In this document: piece by piece, positions 1 through 11,600 of the stretch
Layout of the letters: every line of letters begins with the position of its first letter
How positions within the stretch are numbered: position 1 is the stretch's first letter
Source of the DNA: Auanema rhodensis
Lineage: Eukaryota > Animalia > Nematoda
Reading direction: 5' to 3'
Assembly: GCA_964057225.1 (NCBI GenBank)
Contig: CAXKVF010000086.1
Coordinates: forward strand, 193,946-257,945
DNA: 64,000 bases
Position numbers and translations under genes: made by a program
The notes under the pieces: generated by a model
Seen by the model: the letters and a program-made list of their open reading frames with translations, nothing else
Databases searched by the model: none
What the model was told of the DNA's origin: nothing

Positions 1-34
1 GGAATCTAATTTTGAAAACCGCATCTCTTTATCT

Positions 35-44
35 TTCACGTGAA
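35..44. other. Perfect 10-bp palindrome TTCACGTGAA containing an E-box/G-box core CACGTG (present in nearly every monomer; first copy given)
   Basis: Read directly; it is its own reverse complement. Protein binding is not shown. Confidence 0.9.
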
Positions 45-69
45 GCGAGTTACATACCAAGTGCACATC

Positions 70-106
70 ACGTGTACATTTAATTAGCATAAATTAAAGT
101 TCACGT
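70..106. other. Imperfect inverted repeat with about 16-bp arms and a 6-nt loop, in every monomer (first copy given)
   Basis: ACGTGTACATTTAATT (70-85), loop AGCATA, AATTAAAGTTCACGT (92-106). The reverse complement of the left arm is AATTAAATGTACACGT, which differs from the right arm by one gap and one mismatch. The inner 7 bp are perfect. Confidence 0.85.
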
Positions 107-118
107 AAATTTCAAAGT

Positions 119-131
119 CATGGTTACCATG
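119..131. other. Odd palindrome CATGGT-T-ACCATG (6-bp arms), in nearly every monomer (first copy given)
   Basis: Read directly. It extends to 7-bp arms (TCATGGTTACCATGA) in monomers carrying 132A. Confidence 0.9.
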
Positions 132-3100
132 AACCAATATCAATAAAAATTTGTTTTTAGACTAATATGGACATGGGGAATCTAATTTTGAAAACCGCAT
201 CTCTTTATCTTTCACGTGAAGCGAGTTACATACCAAGTGCACATCACGTGTACATTTAATTAGCATAAATTAAAGTTCACGTAAATTTCAAAGTCATGGT
301 TACCATGCACCAATATAAATAAAAATTTGTTTTTAGACTAATATGGACATGGGGAATCTAATTTTGAAAACCGCATCTCTTTATCTTTCACGTGAAGCGA
401 GTTACATACCAAGTGCACATCACGTGTACATTTAATTAGCATAAATTAAAGTTCACGTAAATTTCAAAGTCATGGTTACCATGCACCAATATCAATAAAA
501 ATTTGTTTTTAGACTAATATGGACATGGGGAATCTAATTTTGAAAACCGCATCTCTTTATATTTCACGTGAAGCGAGTTACATACCAAGTGCACATCACG
601 TGTACATTTAATTAGCATAAATTAAAGTTCACGTAAATTTCAAAGTCATGGTTACCATGCACCAATATCAATAAAAATTTGTTTTTAGACTAATATGGAC
701 ATGGGGAATCTAATTTTGAAAACCGCATCTCTTTATCTTTCACGTGAAGCGAGTTACATACCAAGTGCACATCACGTATACATTTAATTAGCATAAATTA
801 AAGTTCACGTAAATTTCAAAGTCATGGTTACCATGCACCAATATCAATAAAAATTTGTTTTTAGACTAATATGGACATGGGGAATCTAATTTTGAAAACC
901 GCATCTCTTTATCTTTCACATGAAGCGAGTTACATACCAAGTGCACATCACGTGTACATTTAATTAGCATAAATTAAAGTTCACGTAAATTTCAAAGTCA
1001 TGGTTACCATGCACCAATATCAATAAAAATTTGTTTTTAGACTAATATGGACATGGGGAATCTAATTTTGAAAACCGCATCTCTTTATCTTTCACGTGAA
1101 GTGAGTTACATACCAAGTGCACATCACGTATACATTTAATTAGCATAAATTAAAGTTCACGTAAATTTCAAAGGCATGGTTACCATGCACCAATATCAAT
1201 AAAAATTTGTTTTTAGACTAATATGGACATGGGGAATCTAATTTTGAAAACCGCATCTCTTTATCTTTCACGTGAAGCGAGTTACATACCAAGTGCACAT
1301 CACGTGTACATTTAATTAGCATAAATTAAAGTTCACGTAAATTTCAAAGTCATGGTTACCATGCACCAATATCAATAAAAATTTGTTTTTAGACTAATAT
1401 GGACATGGGGAATCTAATTTTGAAAACCGCATCTCTTTATCTTTCACGTGAAGCGAGTTACATACCAAGTGCACATCACGTGTACATTTAATTAGCATAA
1501 ATTAAAGTTCACGTAAATTCCAAAGTCATGGTTACCATGCACCAATATCAATAAAAATTTGTTTTTAGACTAATATGGACATGGGGAATCTAATTTTGAA
1601 AACCGCATCTCTTTATCTTTCACGTGAAGCGAGTTACATACCAAGTGCACATCACGTGTACATTTAATTAGCATAAATTAAAGTTCACGTAAATTTCAAA
1701 GTCATGGTTACCATGCACCAATATCAATAAAAATTTGTTTTTAGACTAATATGGACATGGGGAATCTAATTTTGAAAACCGCATCTCTTCATCTTTCACG
1801 TGAAGCGAGTTACATACCAAGTGCACATCACGTGTACATTTAATTAGCATAAATTAAAGTTCACGTAAATTTCAAAGTCATGGTTACCATGCACCAATAT
1901 CAATAAAAATTTGTTTTTAGACTAATATGGACATGGGAAATCTAATTTTGAAAACCGCATCTCTTTATCTTTCACGTGAAGCGAGTTACATACCAAGTGC
2001 ACATCACGTGTACATTTAATTAGCATAAATTAAAGTTCACGTAAATTTCAAAGTCATGGTTACCATGCACCAATATCAATAAAAATTTGTTTTTAGACTA
2101 ATATGGACATGGGGAATCTAATTTTGAAAACCGCATCTCTTTATCTTTCACGTGAAGCGAGTTACATACCAAGTGCACATCACGTGTACATTTAATTAGC
2201 ATAAATTAAAGTTCACGTAAATTTCAAAGTCATGGTTACCATGCACCAATATCAATAAAAATTTGTTTTTAGACTAATATGGACATGGGGAATCTAATTT
2301 TGAAAACCGCATCTCTTTATCTTTCACGTGAAGCGAGTTACATACCAAGTGCACATCACGTGTACATTTAATTAGCATAAATTAAAGTTCACGTAAATTT
2401 CAAAGTCATGGTTACCATGCACCAATATCAATAAAAATTTGTTTTTAGACTAATATGGACATGGGGAATCTAATTTTGAAAACCGCATCTCTTCATCTTT
2501 CACGTGAAGCGAGTTACATACCAAGTGCACATCACGTGTACATTTAATTAGCATAAATTAAAGTTCACGTAAATTTCAAAGTCATGGTTACCATGCACCA
2601 ATATCAATAAAAATCTGTTTTTAGACTAATATGGACATGGGAAATCTAATTTTGAAAACCGCATCTCTTTATCTTTCACGTGAAGCGAGTTACATACCAA
2701 GTGCACATCACGTGTACATTTAATTAGCATAAATTAAAGTTCACGTAAATTTCAAAGTCATGGTTACCATGAACCAATATCAATAAAAATTTGTTTTCAG
2801 ACTAATATGGACATGGGGAATCTAATTTTGAAAACCGCATCTCTTTATCTTTCACGTGAAGCGAGTTACATACCAAGTGCACATCACGTGTACATTTAAT
2901 TAGCATAAATTAAAGTTCACGTAAATTTCAAAGTCATGGTTACCATGCACCAATATCAATAAAAATCTGTTTTTAGACTAATATGGACATGGGAAATCTA
3001 ATTTTGAAAACCGCATCTCTTCATCTTTCACGTGAAGCGAGTTACATACCAAGTGCACATCACGTGTACATTTAATTAGCATAAATTAAAGTTCACGTAA

Positions 3101-6100
3101 ATTTCAAAGTCATGGTTACCATGCACCAATATCAATAAAAATCTGTTTTTAGACTAATATGGACATGGGAAATCTAATTTTGAAAACCGCATCTCTTTAT
3201 CTTTCACGTGAAGCGAGTTACATACCAAGTGCACATCACGTGTACATTTAATTAGCATAAATTAAAGTTCACGAAAATTTCAAAGTCATGGTTACCATGA
3301 ACCAATATCAATAAAAATTTGTTTTTAGACTAATATGGACATGGGGAATCTAATTTTGAAAACCGCATCTCTTCATCTTTCACGTGAAGCGAGTTACATA
3401 CCAAGTGCACATCACGTGTACATTTAATTAGCATAAATTAAAGTTCACGTAAATTTCAAAGTCATGGTTACCATGAACCAATATCAATAAAAATTTGTTT
3501 TCAGACTAATATGGACATGGGGAATCTAATTTTGAAAACCGCATCTCTTTATCTTTCACGTGAAGCGAGTTACATACCAAGTGCACATCACGTGTACATT
3601 TAATTAGCATAAATTAAAGTTCACGTAAATTTCAAAGTCATGGTTACCATGCACCAATATCAATAAAAATTTGTTTTTAGACTAATATGGACATGGGGAA
3701 TCTAATTTTGAAAACCGCATCTCTTCATCTTTCACGTGAAGCGAGTTACATACCAAGTGCACATCACGTGTACATTTAATTAGCATAAATTAAAGTTCAC
3801 GTAAATTTCAAAGTCATGGTTACCATGCACCAATATCAATAAAAATCTGTTTTTAGACTAATATGGACATGGGAAATCTAATTTTGAAAACCGCATCTCT
3901 TTATCTTTCACGTGAAGCGAGTTACATACCAAGTGCACATCACGTGTACATTTAATTAGCATAAATTAAAGTTCACGTAAATTTCAAAGTCATGGTTACC
4001 ATGAACCAATATCAATAAAAATTTGTTTTCAGACTAATATGGACATGGGGAATCTAATTTTGAAAACCGCATCTCTTTATCTTTCACGTGAAGCGAGTTA
4101 CATACCAAGTGCACATCACGTGTACATTTAATTAGCATAAATTAAAGTTCACGTAAATTTCAAAGTCATGGTTACCATGAACCAATATCAATAAAAATTT
4201 GTTTTTAGACTAATATGGACATGGGGAATCTAATTTTGAAAACCGCATCTCTTTATCTTTCACGTGAAGCGAGTTACATACCAAGTGCACATCACGTGTA
4301 CATTTAATTAGCATAAATTAAAGTTCACGTAAATTTCAAAGTCATGGTTACCATGAACCAATATCAATAAAAATTTGTTTTTAGACTAATATGGACATGG
4401 GGAATCTAATTTTGAAAACCGCATCTCTTTATCTTTCACGTGAAGCGAGTTACATACCAAGTGCACATCACGTGTACATTTAATTAGCATAAATTAAAGT
4501 TCACGTAAATTTCAAAGTCATGGTTACCATGCACCAATATAAATAAAAATTTGTTTTTAGACTAATATGGACATGGGGAATCTAATTTTGAAAACCGCAT
4601 CTCTTTATCTTTCACGTGAAGCGAGTTACATACCAAGTGCACATCACGTGTACATTTAATTAGCATAAATTAAAGTTCACGTAAATTTCAAAGTCATGGT
4701 TACCATGCACCAATATCAATAAAAATTTGTTTTTAGACTAATATGGACATGGGGAATCTAATTTTGAAAACCGCATCTCTTTATATTTCACGTGAAGCGA
4801 GTTACATACCAAGTGCACATCACGTGTACATTTAATTAGCATAAATTAAAGTTCACGTAAATTTCAAAGTCATGGTTACCATGCACCAATATCAATAAAA
4901 ATTTGTTTTTAGACTAATATGGACATGGGGAATCTAATTTTGAAAACCGCATCTCTTTATCTTTCACGTGAAGCGAGTTACATACCAAGTGCACATCACG
5001 TATACATTTAATTAGCATAAATTAAAGTTCACGTAAATTTCAAAGTCATGGTTACCATGCACCAATATCAATAAAAATTTGTTTTTAGACTAATATGGAC
5101 ATGGGGAATCTAATTTTGAAAACCGCATCTCTTTATCTTTCACATGAAGCGAGTTACATACCAAGTGCACATCACGTGTACATTTAATTAGCATAAATTA
5201 AAGTTCACGTAAATTTCAAAGTCATGGTTACCATGCACCAATATCAATAAAAATTTGTTTTTAGACTAATATGGACATGGGGAATCTAATTTTGAAAACC
5301 GCATCTCTTTATCTTTCACGTGAAGTGAGTTACATACCAAGTGCACATCACGTATACATTTAATTAGCATAAATTAAAGTTCACGTAAATTTCAAAGTCA
5401 TGGTTACCATGCACCAATATCAATAAAAATTTGTTTTTAGACTAATATGGACATGGGGAATCTAATTTTGAAAACCGCATCTCTTTATCTTTCACGTGAA
5501 GCGAGTTACATACCAAGTGCACATCACGTGTACATTTAATTAGCATAAATTAAAGTTCACGTAAATTTCAAAGTCATGGTTACCATGCACCAATATCAAT
5601 AAAAATCTGTTTTTAGACTAATATGGACATGGGAAATCTAATTTTGAAAACCGCATCTCTTTATCTTTCACGTGAAGCGAGTTACATACCAAGTGCACAT
5701 CACGTGTACATTTAATTAGCATAAATTAAAGTTCACGTAAATTTCAAAGTCATGGTTACCATGAACCAATATCAATAAAAATTTGTTTTCAGACTAATAT
5801 GGACATGGGGAATCTAATTTTGAAAACCGCATCTCTTTATCTTTCACGTGAAGCGAGTTACATACCAAGTGCACATCACGTGTACATTTAATTAGCATAA
5901 ATTAAAGTTCACGTAAATTTCAAAGTCATGGTTACCATGCACCAATATCAATAAAAATCTGTTTTTAGACTAATATGGACATGGGAAATCTAATTTTGAA
6001 AACCGCATCTCTTCATCTTTCACGTGAAGCGAGTTACATACCAAGTGCACATCACGTGTACATTTAATTAGCATAAATTAAAGTTCACGTAAATTTCAAA

Positions 6101-8624
6101 GTCATGGTTACCATGAACCAATATCAATAAAAATTTGTTTTCAGACTAATATGGACATGGGGAATCTAATTTTGAAAACCGCATCTCTTTATCTTTCACG
6201 TGAAGCGAGTTACATACCAAGTGCACATCACGTGTACATTTAATTAGCATAAATTAAAGTTCACGAAAATTTCAAAGTCATGGTTACCATGAACCAATAT
6301 CAATAAAAATTTGTTTTTAGACTAATATGGACATGGGGAATCTAATTTTGAAAACCGCATCTCTTCATCTTTCACGTGAAGCGAGTTACATACCAAGTGC
6401 ACATCACGTGTACATTTAATTAGCATAAATTAAAGTTCACGTAAATTTCAAAGTCATGGTTACCATGAACCAATATCAATAAAAATTTGTTTTCAGACTA
6501 ATATGGACATGGGGAATCTAATTTTGAAAACCGCATCTCTTTATCTTTCACGTGAAGCGAGTTACATACCAAGTGCACATCACGTGTACATTTAATTAGC
6601 ATAAATTAAAGTTCACGTAAATTTCAAAGTCATGGTTACCATGCACCAATATCAATAAAAATTTGTTTTTAGACTAATATGGACATGGGGAATCTAATTT
6701 TGAAAACCGCATCTCTTCATCTTTCACGTGAAGCGAGTTACATACCAAGTGCACATCACGTGTACATTTAATTAGCATAAATTAAAGTTCACGTAAATTT
6801 CAAAGTCATGGTTACCATGCACCAATATCAATAAAAATCTGTTTTTAGACTAATATGGACATGGGAAATCTAATTTTGAAAACCGCATCTCTTTATCTTT
6901 CACGTGAAGCGAGTTACATACCAAGTGCACATCACGTGTACATTTAATTAGCATAAATTAAAGTTCACGTAAATTTCAAAGTCATGGTTACCATGAACCA
7001 ATATCAATAAAAATTTGTTTTCAGACTAATATGAACATGGGGAATCTAATTTTGAAAACCGCATCTCTTTATCTTTCACGTGAAGCGAGTTACATACCAA
7101 GTGCACATCACGTGTACATTTAATTAGCATAAATTAAAGTTCACGTAAATTTCAAAGTCATGGTTACCATGCACCAATATCAATAAAAATCTGTTTTTAG
7201 ACTAATATGGACATGGGAAATCTAATTTTGAAAACCGCATCTCTTTATCTTTCACGTGAAGCGAGTTACATACCAAGTGCACATCACGTGTACATTTAAT
7301 TAGCATAAATTAAAGTTCACGTAAATTTCAAAGTCATGGTTACCATGAACCAATATCAATAAAAATTTGTTTTCAGACTAATATGGACATGGGGAATCTA
7401 ATTTTGAAAACCGCATCTCTTTATCTTTCACGTGAAGCGAGTTACATACCAAGTGCACATCACGTGTACATTTAATTAGCATAAATTAAAGTTCACGTAA
7501 ATTTCAAAGTCATGGTTACCATGAACCAATATCAATAAAAATTTGTTTTTAGACTAATATGGACATGGGGAATCTAATTTTGAAAACCGCATCTCTTTAT
7601 CTTTCACGTGAAGCGAGTTACATACCAAGTGCACATCACGTGTACATTTAATTAGCATAAATTAAAGTTCACGTAAATTTCAAAGTCATGGTTACCATGA
7701 ACCAATATCAATAAAAATTTGTTTTTAGACTAATATGGACATGGGGAATCTAATTTTGAAAACCGCATCTCTTTATCTTTCACGTGAAGCGAGTTACATA
7801 CCAAGTGCACATCACGTGTACATTTAATTAGCATAAATTAAAGTTCACGTAAATTTCAAAGTCATGGTTACCATGCACCAATATAAATAAAAATTTGTTT
7901 TTAGACTAATATGGACATGGGGAATCTAATTTTGAAAACCGCATCTCTTTATCTTTCACGTGAAGCGAGTTACATACCAAGTGCACATCACGTGTACATT
8001 TAATTAGCATAAATTAAAGTTCACGTAAATTTCAAAGTCATGGTTACCATGCACCAATATCAATAAAAATTTGTTTTTAGACTAATATGGACATGGGGAA
8101 TCTAATTTTGAAAACCGCATCTCTTTATATTTCACGTGAAGCGAGTTACATACCAAGTGCACATCACGTGTACATTTAATTAGCATAAATTAAAGTTCAC
8201 GTAAATTTCAAAGTCATGGTTACCATGCACCAATATCAATAAAAATTTGTTTTTAGACTAATATGGACATGGGGAATCTAATTTTGAAAACCGCATCTCT
8301 TTATCTTTCACGTGAAGCGAGTTACATACCAAGTGCACATCACGTATACATTTAATTAGCATAAATTAAAGTTCACGTAAATTTCAAAGTCATGGTTACC
8401 ATGCACCAATATCAATAAAAATTTGTTTTTAGACTAATATGGACATGGGGAATCTAATTTTGAAAACCGCATCTCTTTATCTTTCACATGAAGCGAGTTA
8501 CATACCAAGTGCACATCACGTGTACATTTAATTAGCATAAATTAAAGTTCACGTAAATTTCAAAGTCATGGTTACCATGCACCAATATCAATAAAAATTT
8601 GTTTTTAGACTAATATGGACATGG

Positions 8625-11600
8625 GGAATCTAATTTTGAAAACCGCATCTCTTTATCTTTCACGTGAAGTGAGTTACATACCAAGTGCACATCACGTATA
8701 CATTTAATTAGCATAAATTAAAGTTCACGTAAATTTCAAAGTCATGGTTACCATGCACCAATATCAATAAAAATTTGTTTTTAGACTAATATGGACATGG
8801 GGAATCTAATTTTGAAAACCGCATCTCTTTATCTTTCACGTGAAGCGAGTTACATACCAAGTGCACATCACGTGTACATTTAATTAGCATAAATTAAAGT
8901 TCACGTAAATTTCAAAGTCATGGTTACCATGCACCAATATCAATAAAAATTTGTTTTTAGACTAATATGGACATGGGGAATCTAATTTTGAAAACCGCAT
9001 CTCTTTATCTTTCACGTGAAGCGAGTTACATACCAAGTGCACATCACGTGTACATTTAATTAGCATAAATTAAAGTTCACGTAAATTCCAAAGTCATGGT
9101 TACCATGCACCAATATCAATAAAAATTTGTTTTTAGACTAATATGGACATGGGGAATCTAATTTTGAAAACCGCATCTCTTTATCTTTCACGTGAAGCGA
9201 GTTACATACCAAGTGCACATCACGTGTACATTTAATTAGCATAAATTAAAGTTCACGTAAATTTCAAAGTCATGGTTACCATGCACCAATATCAATAAAA
9301 ATTTGTTTTTAGACTAATATGGACATGGGGAATCTAATTTTGAAAACCGCATCTCTTCATCTTTCACGTGAAGCGAGTTACATACCAAGTGCACATCACG
9401 TGTACATTTAATTAGCATAAATTAAAGTTCACGTAAATTTCAAAGTCATGGTTACCATGCACCAATATCAATAAAAATTTGTTTTTAGACTAATATGGAC
9501 ATGGGAAATCTAATTTTGAAAACCGCATCTCTTTATCTTTCACGTGAAGCGAGTTACATACCAAGTGCACATCACGTGTACATTTAATTAGCATAAATTA
9601 AAGTTCACGTAAATTTCAAAGTCATGGTTACCATGCACCAATATCAATAAAAATTTGTTTTTAGACTAATATGGACATGGGGAATCTAATTTTGAAAACC
9701 GCATCTCTTTATCTTTCACGTGAAGCGAGTTACATACCAAGTGCACATCACGTGTACATTTAATTAGCATAAATTAAAGTTCACGTAAATTTCAAAGTCA
9801 TGGTTACCATGCACCAATATCAATAAAAATTTGTTTTTAGACTAATATGGACATGGGGAATCTAATTTTGAAAACCGCATCTCTTTATCTTTCACGTGAA
9901 GCGAGTTACATACCAAGTGCACATCACGTGTACATTTAATTAGCATAAATTAAAGTTCACGTAAATTTCAAAGTCATGGTTACCATGCACCAATATCAAT
10001 AAAAATTTGTTTTTAGACTAATATGGACATGGGGAATCTAATTTTGAAAACCGCATCTCTTCATCTTTCACGTGAAGCGAGTTACATACCAAGTGCACAT
10101 CACGTGTACATTTAATTAGCATAAATTAAAGTTCACGTAAATTTCAAAGTCATGGTTACCATGCACCAATATCAATAAAAATCTGTTTTTAGACTAATAT
10201 GGACATGGGAAATCTAATTTTGAAAACCGCATCTCTTTATCTTTCACGTGAAGCGAGTTACATACCAAGTGCACATCACGTGTACATTTAATTAGCATAA
10301 ATTAAAGTTCACGTAAATTTCAAAGTCATGGTTACCATGAACCAATATCAATAAAAATTTGTTTTCAGACTAATATGGACATGGGGAATCTAATTTTGAA
10401 AACCGCATCTCTTTATCTTTCACGTGAAGCGAGTTACATACCAAGTGCACATCACGTGTACATTTAATTAGCATAAATTAAAGTTCACGTAAATTTCAAA
10501 GTCATGGTTACCATGCACCAATATCAATAAAAATCTGTTTTTAGACTAATATGGACATGGGAAATCTAATTTTGAAAACCGCATCTCTTCATCTTTCACG
10601 TGAAGCGAGTTACATACCAAGTGCACATCACGTGTACATTTAATTAGCATAAATTAAAGTTCACGTAAATTTCAAAGTCATGGTTACCATGCACCAATAT
10701 CAATAAAAATCTGTTTTTAGACTAATATGGACATGGGAAATCTAATTTTGAAAACCGCATCTCTTTATCTTTCACGTGAAGCGAGTTACATACCAAGTGC
10801 ACATCACGTGTACATTTAATTAGCATAAATTAAAGTTCACGTAAATTTCAAAGTCATGGTTACCATGAACCAATATCAATAAAAATTTGTTTTCAGACTA
10901 ATATGGACATGGGGAATCTAATTTTGAAAACCGCATCTCTTTATCTTTCACGTGAAGCGAGTTACATACCAAGTGCACATCACGTGTACATTTAATTAGC
11001 ATAAATTAAAGTTCACGAAAATTTCAAAGTCATGGTTACCATGAACCAATATCAATAAAAATTTGTTTTTAGACTAATATGGACATGGGGAATCTAATTT
11101 TGAAAACCGCATCTCTTCATCTTTCACGTGAAGCGAGTTACATACCAAGTGCACATCACGTGTACATTTAATTAGCATAAATTAAAGTTCACGTAAATTT
11201 CAAAGTCATGGTTACCATGCACCAATATCAATAAAAATTTGTTTTTAGACTAATATGGACATGGGGAATCTAATTTTGAAAACCGCATCTCTTTATCTTT
11301 CACGTGAAGCGAGTTACATACCAAGTGCACATCACGTGTACATTTAATTAGCATAAATTAAAGTTCACGTAAATTTCAAAGTCATGGTTACCATGCACCA
11401 ATATCAATAAAAATTTGTTTTTAGACTAATATGGACATGGGGAATCTAATTTTGAAAACCGCATCTCTTTATCTTTCACGTGAAGCGAGGTACATACCAA
11501 GTGCACATCACGTGTACATTTAATTAGCATAAATTAAAGTTCACGTAAATTTCAAAGTCATGGTTACCATGAACCAATATCATTAAAAATTTGTTTTTAG

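Larger units (their letters stand above)
1..10736. repeat. Higher-order block duplications: M1-18 (1-3168) recurs at M44-61 (7569-10736; offset 43 monomers); M1-7 also recurs at M25-31 (4225-5456; offset 24)
   Basis: Same ordered variant string: 132A; C141A; consensus; C33A; G74A; G40A; C46T+G74A; consensus; T112C; consensus; T30C; G2A and onward. For example C33A occurs at 561, 4785 and 8129. The only difference seen is a private T118G at 1174. Confidence 0.9.

Noticed and set aside
142-160. AATAAA polyadenylation-like signal and TTTTTAG/TTTTCAG splice-acceptor-like motif
   Set aside because: Expected by chance in 68% AT sequence, with no exon or transcript context.
67-176. Budding-yeast point-centromere layout (CDEI-like ATCACGTG, AT-rich stretch, TGTTTTT)
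   Set aside because: There is no CDEIII CCGAAA core at the expected place, the intervening DNA is far less AT-rich than CDEII, and point centromeres are not tandemly arrayed.
1-176. Tandem RNA-gene cluster (5S rRNA, tRNA, snRNA, spliced leader) or telomeric repeat
   Set aside because: I see no recognisable 5S or tRNA sequence, Pol III A/B/C boxes, cloverleaf or short G-rich telomeric unit. An Rfam/Infernal scan would confirm.
1-176. Assignment to known 171-178 bp satellites (alpha satellite, Arabidopsis CEN178, Brassica CentBr)
   Set aside because: Only the length is similar. I see no sequence resemblance to those consensus sequences as I recall them, and the consensus lacks the HindIII AAGCTT site typical of the Brassicaceae repeats. 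A database search is required.
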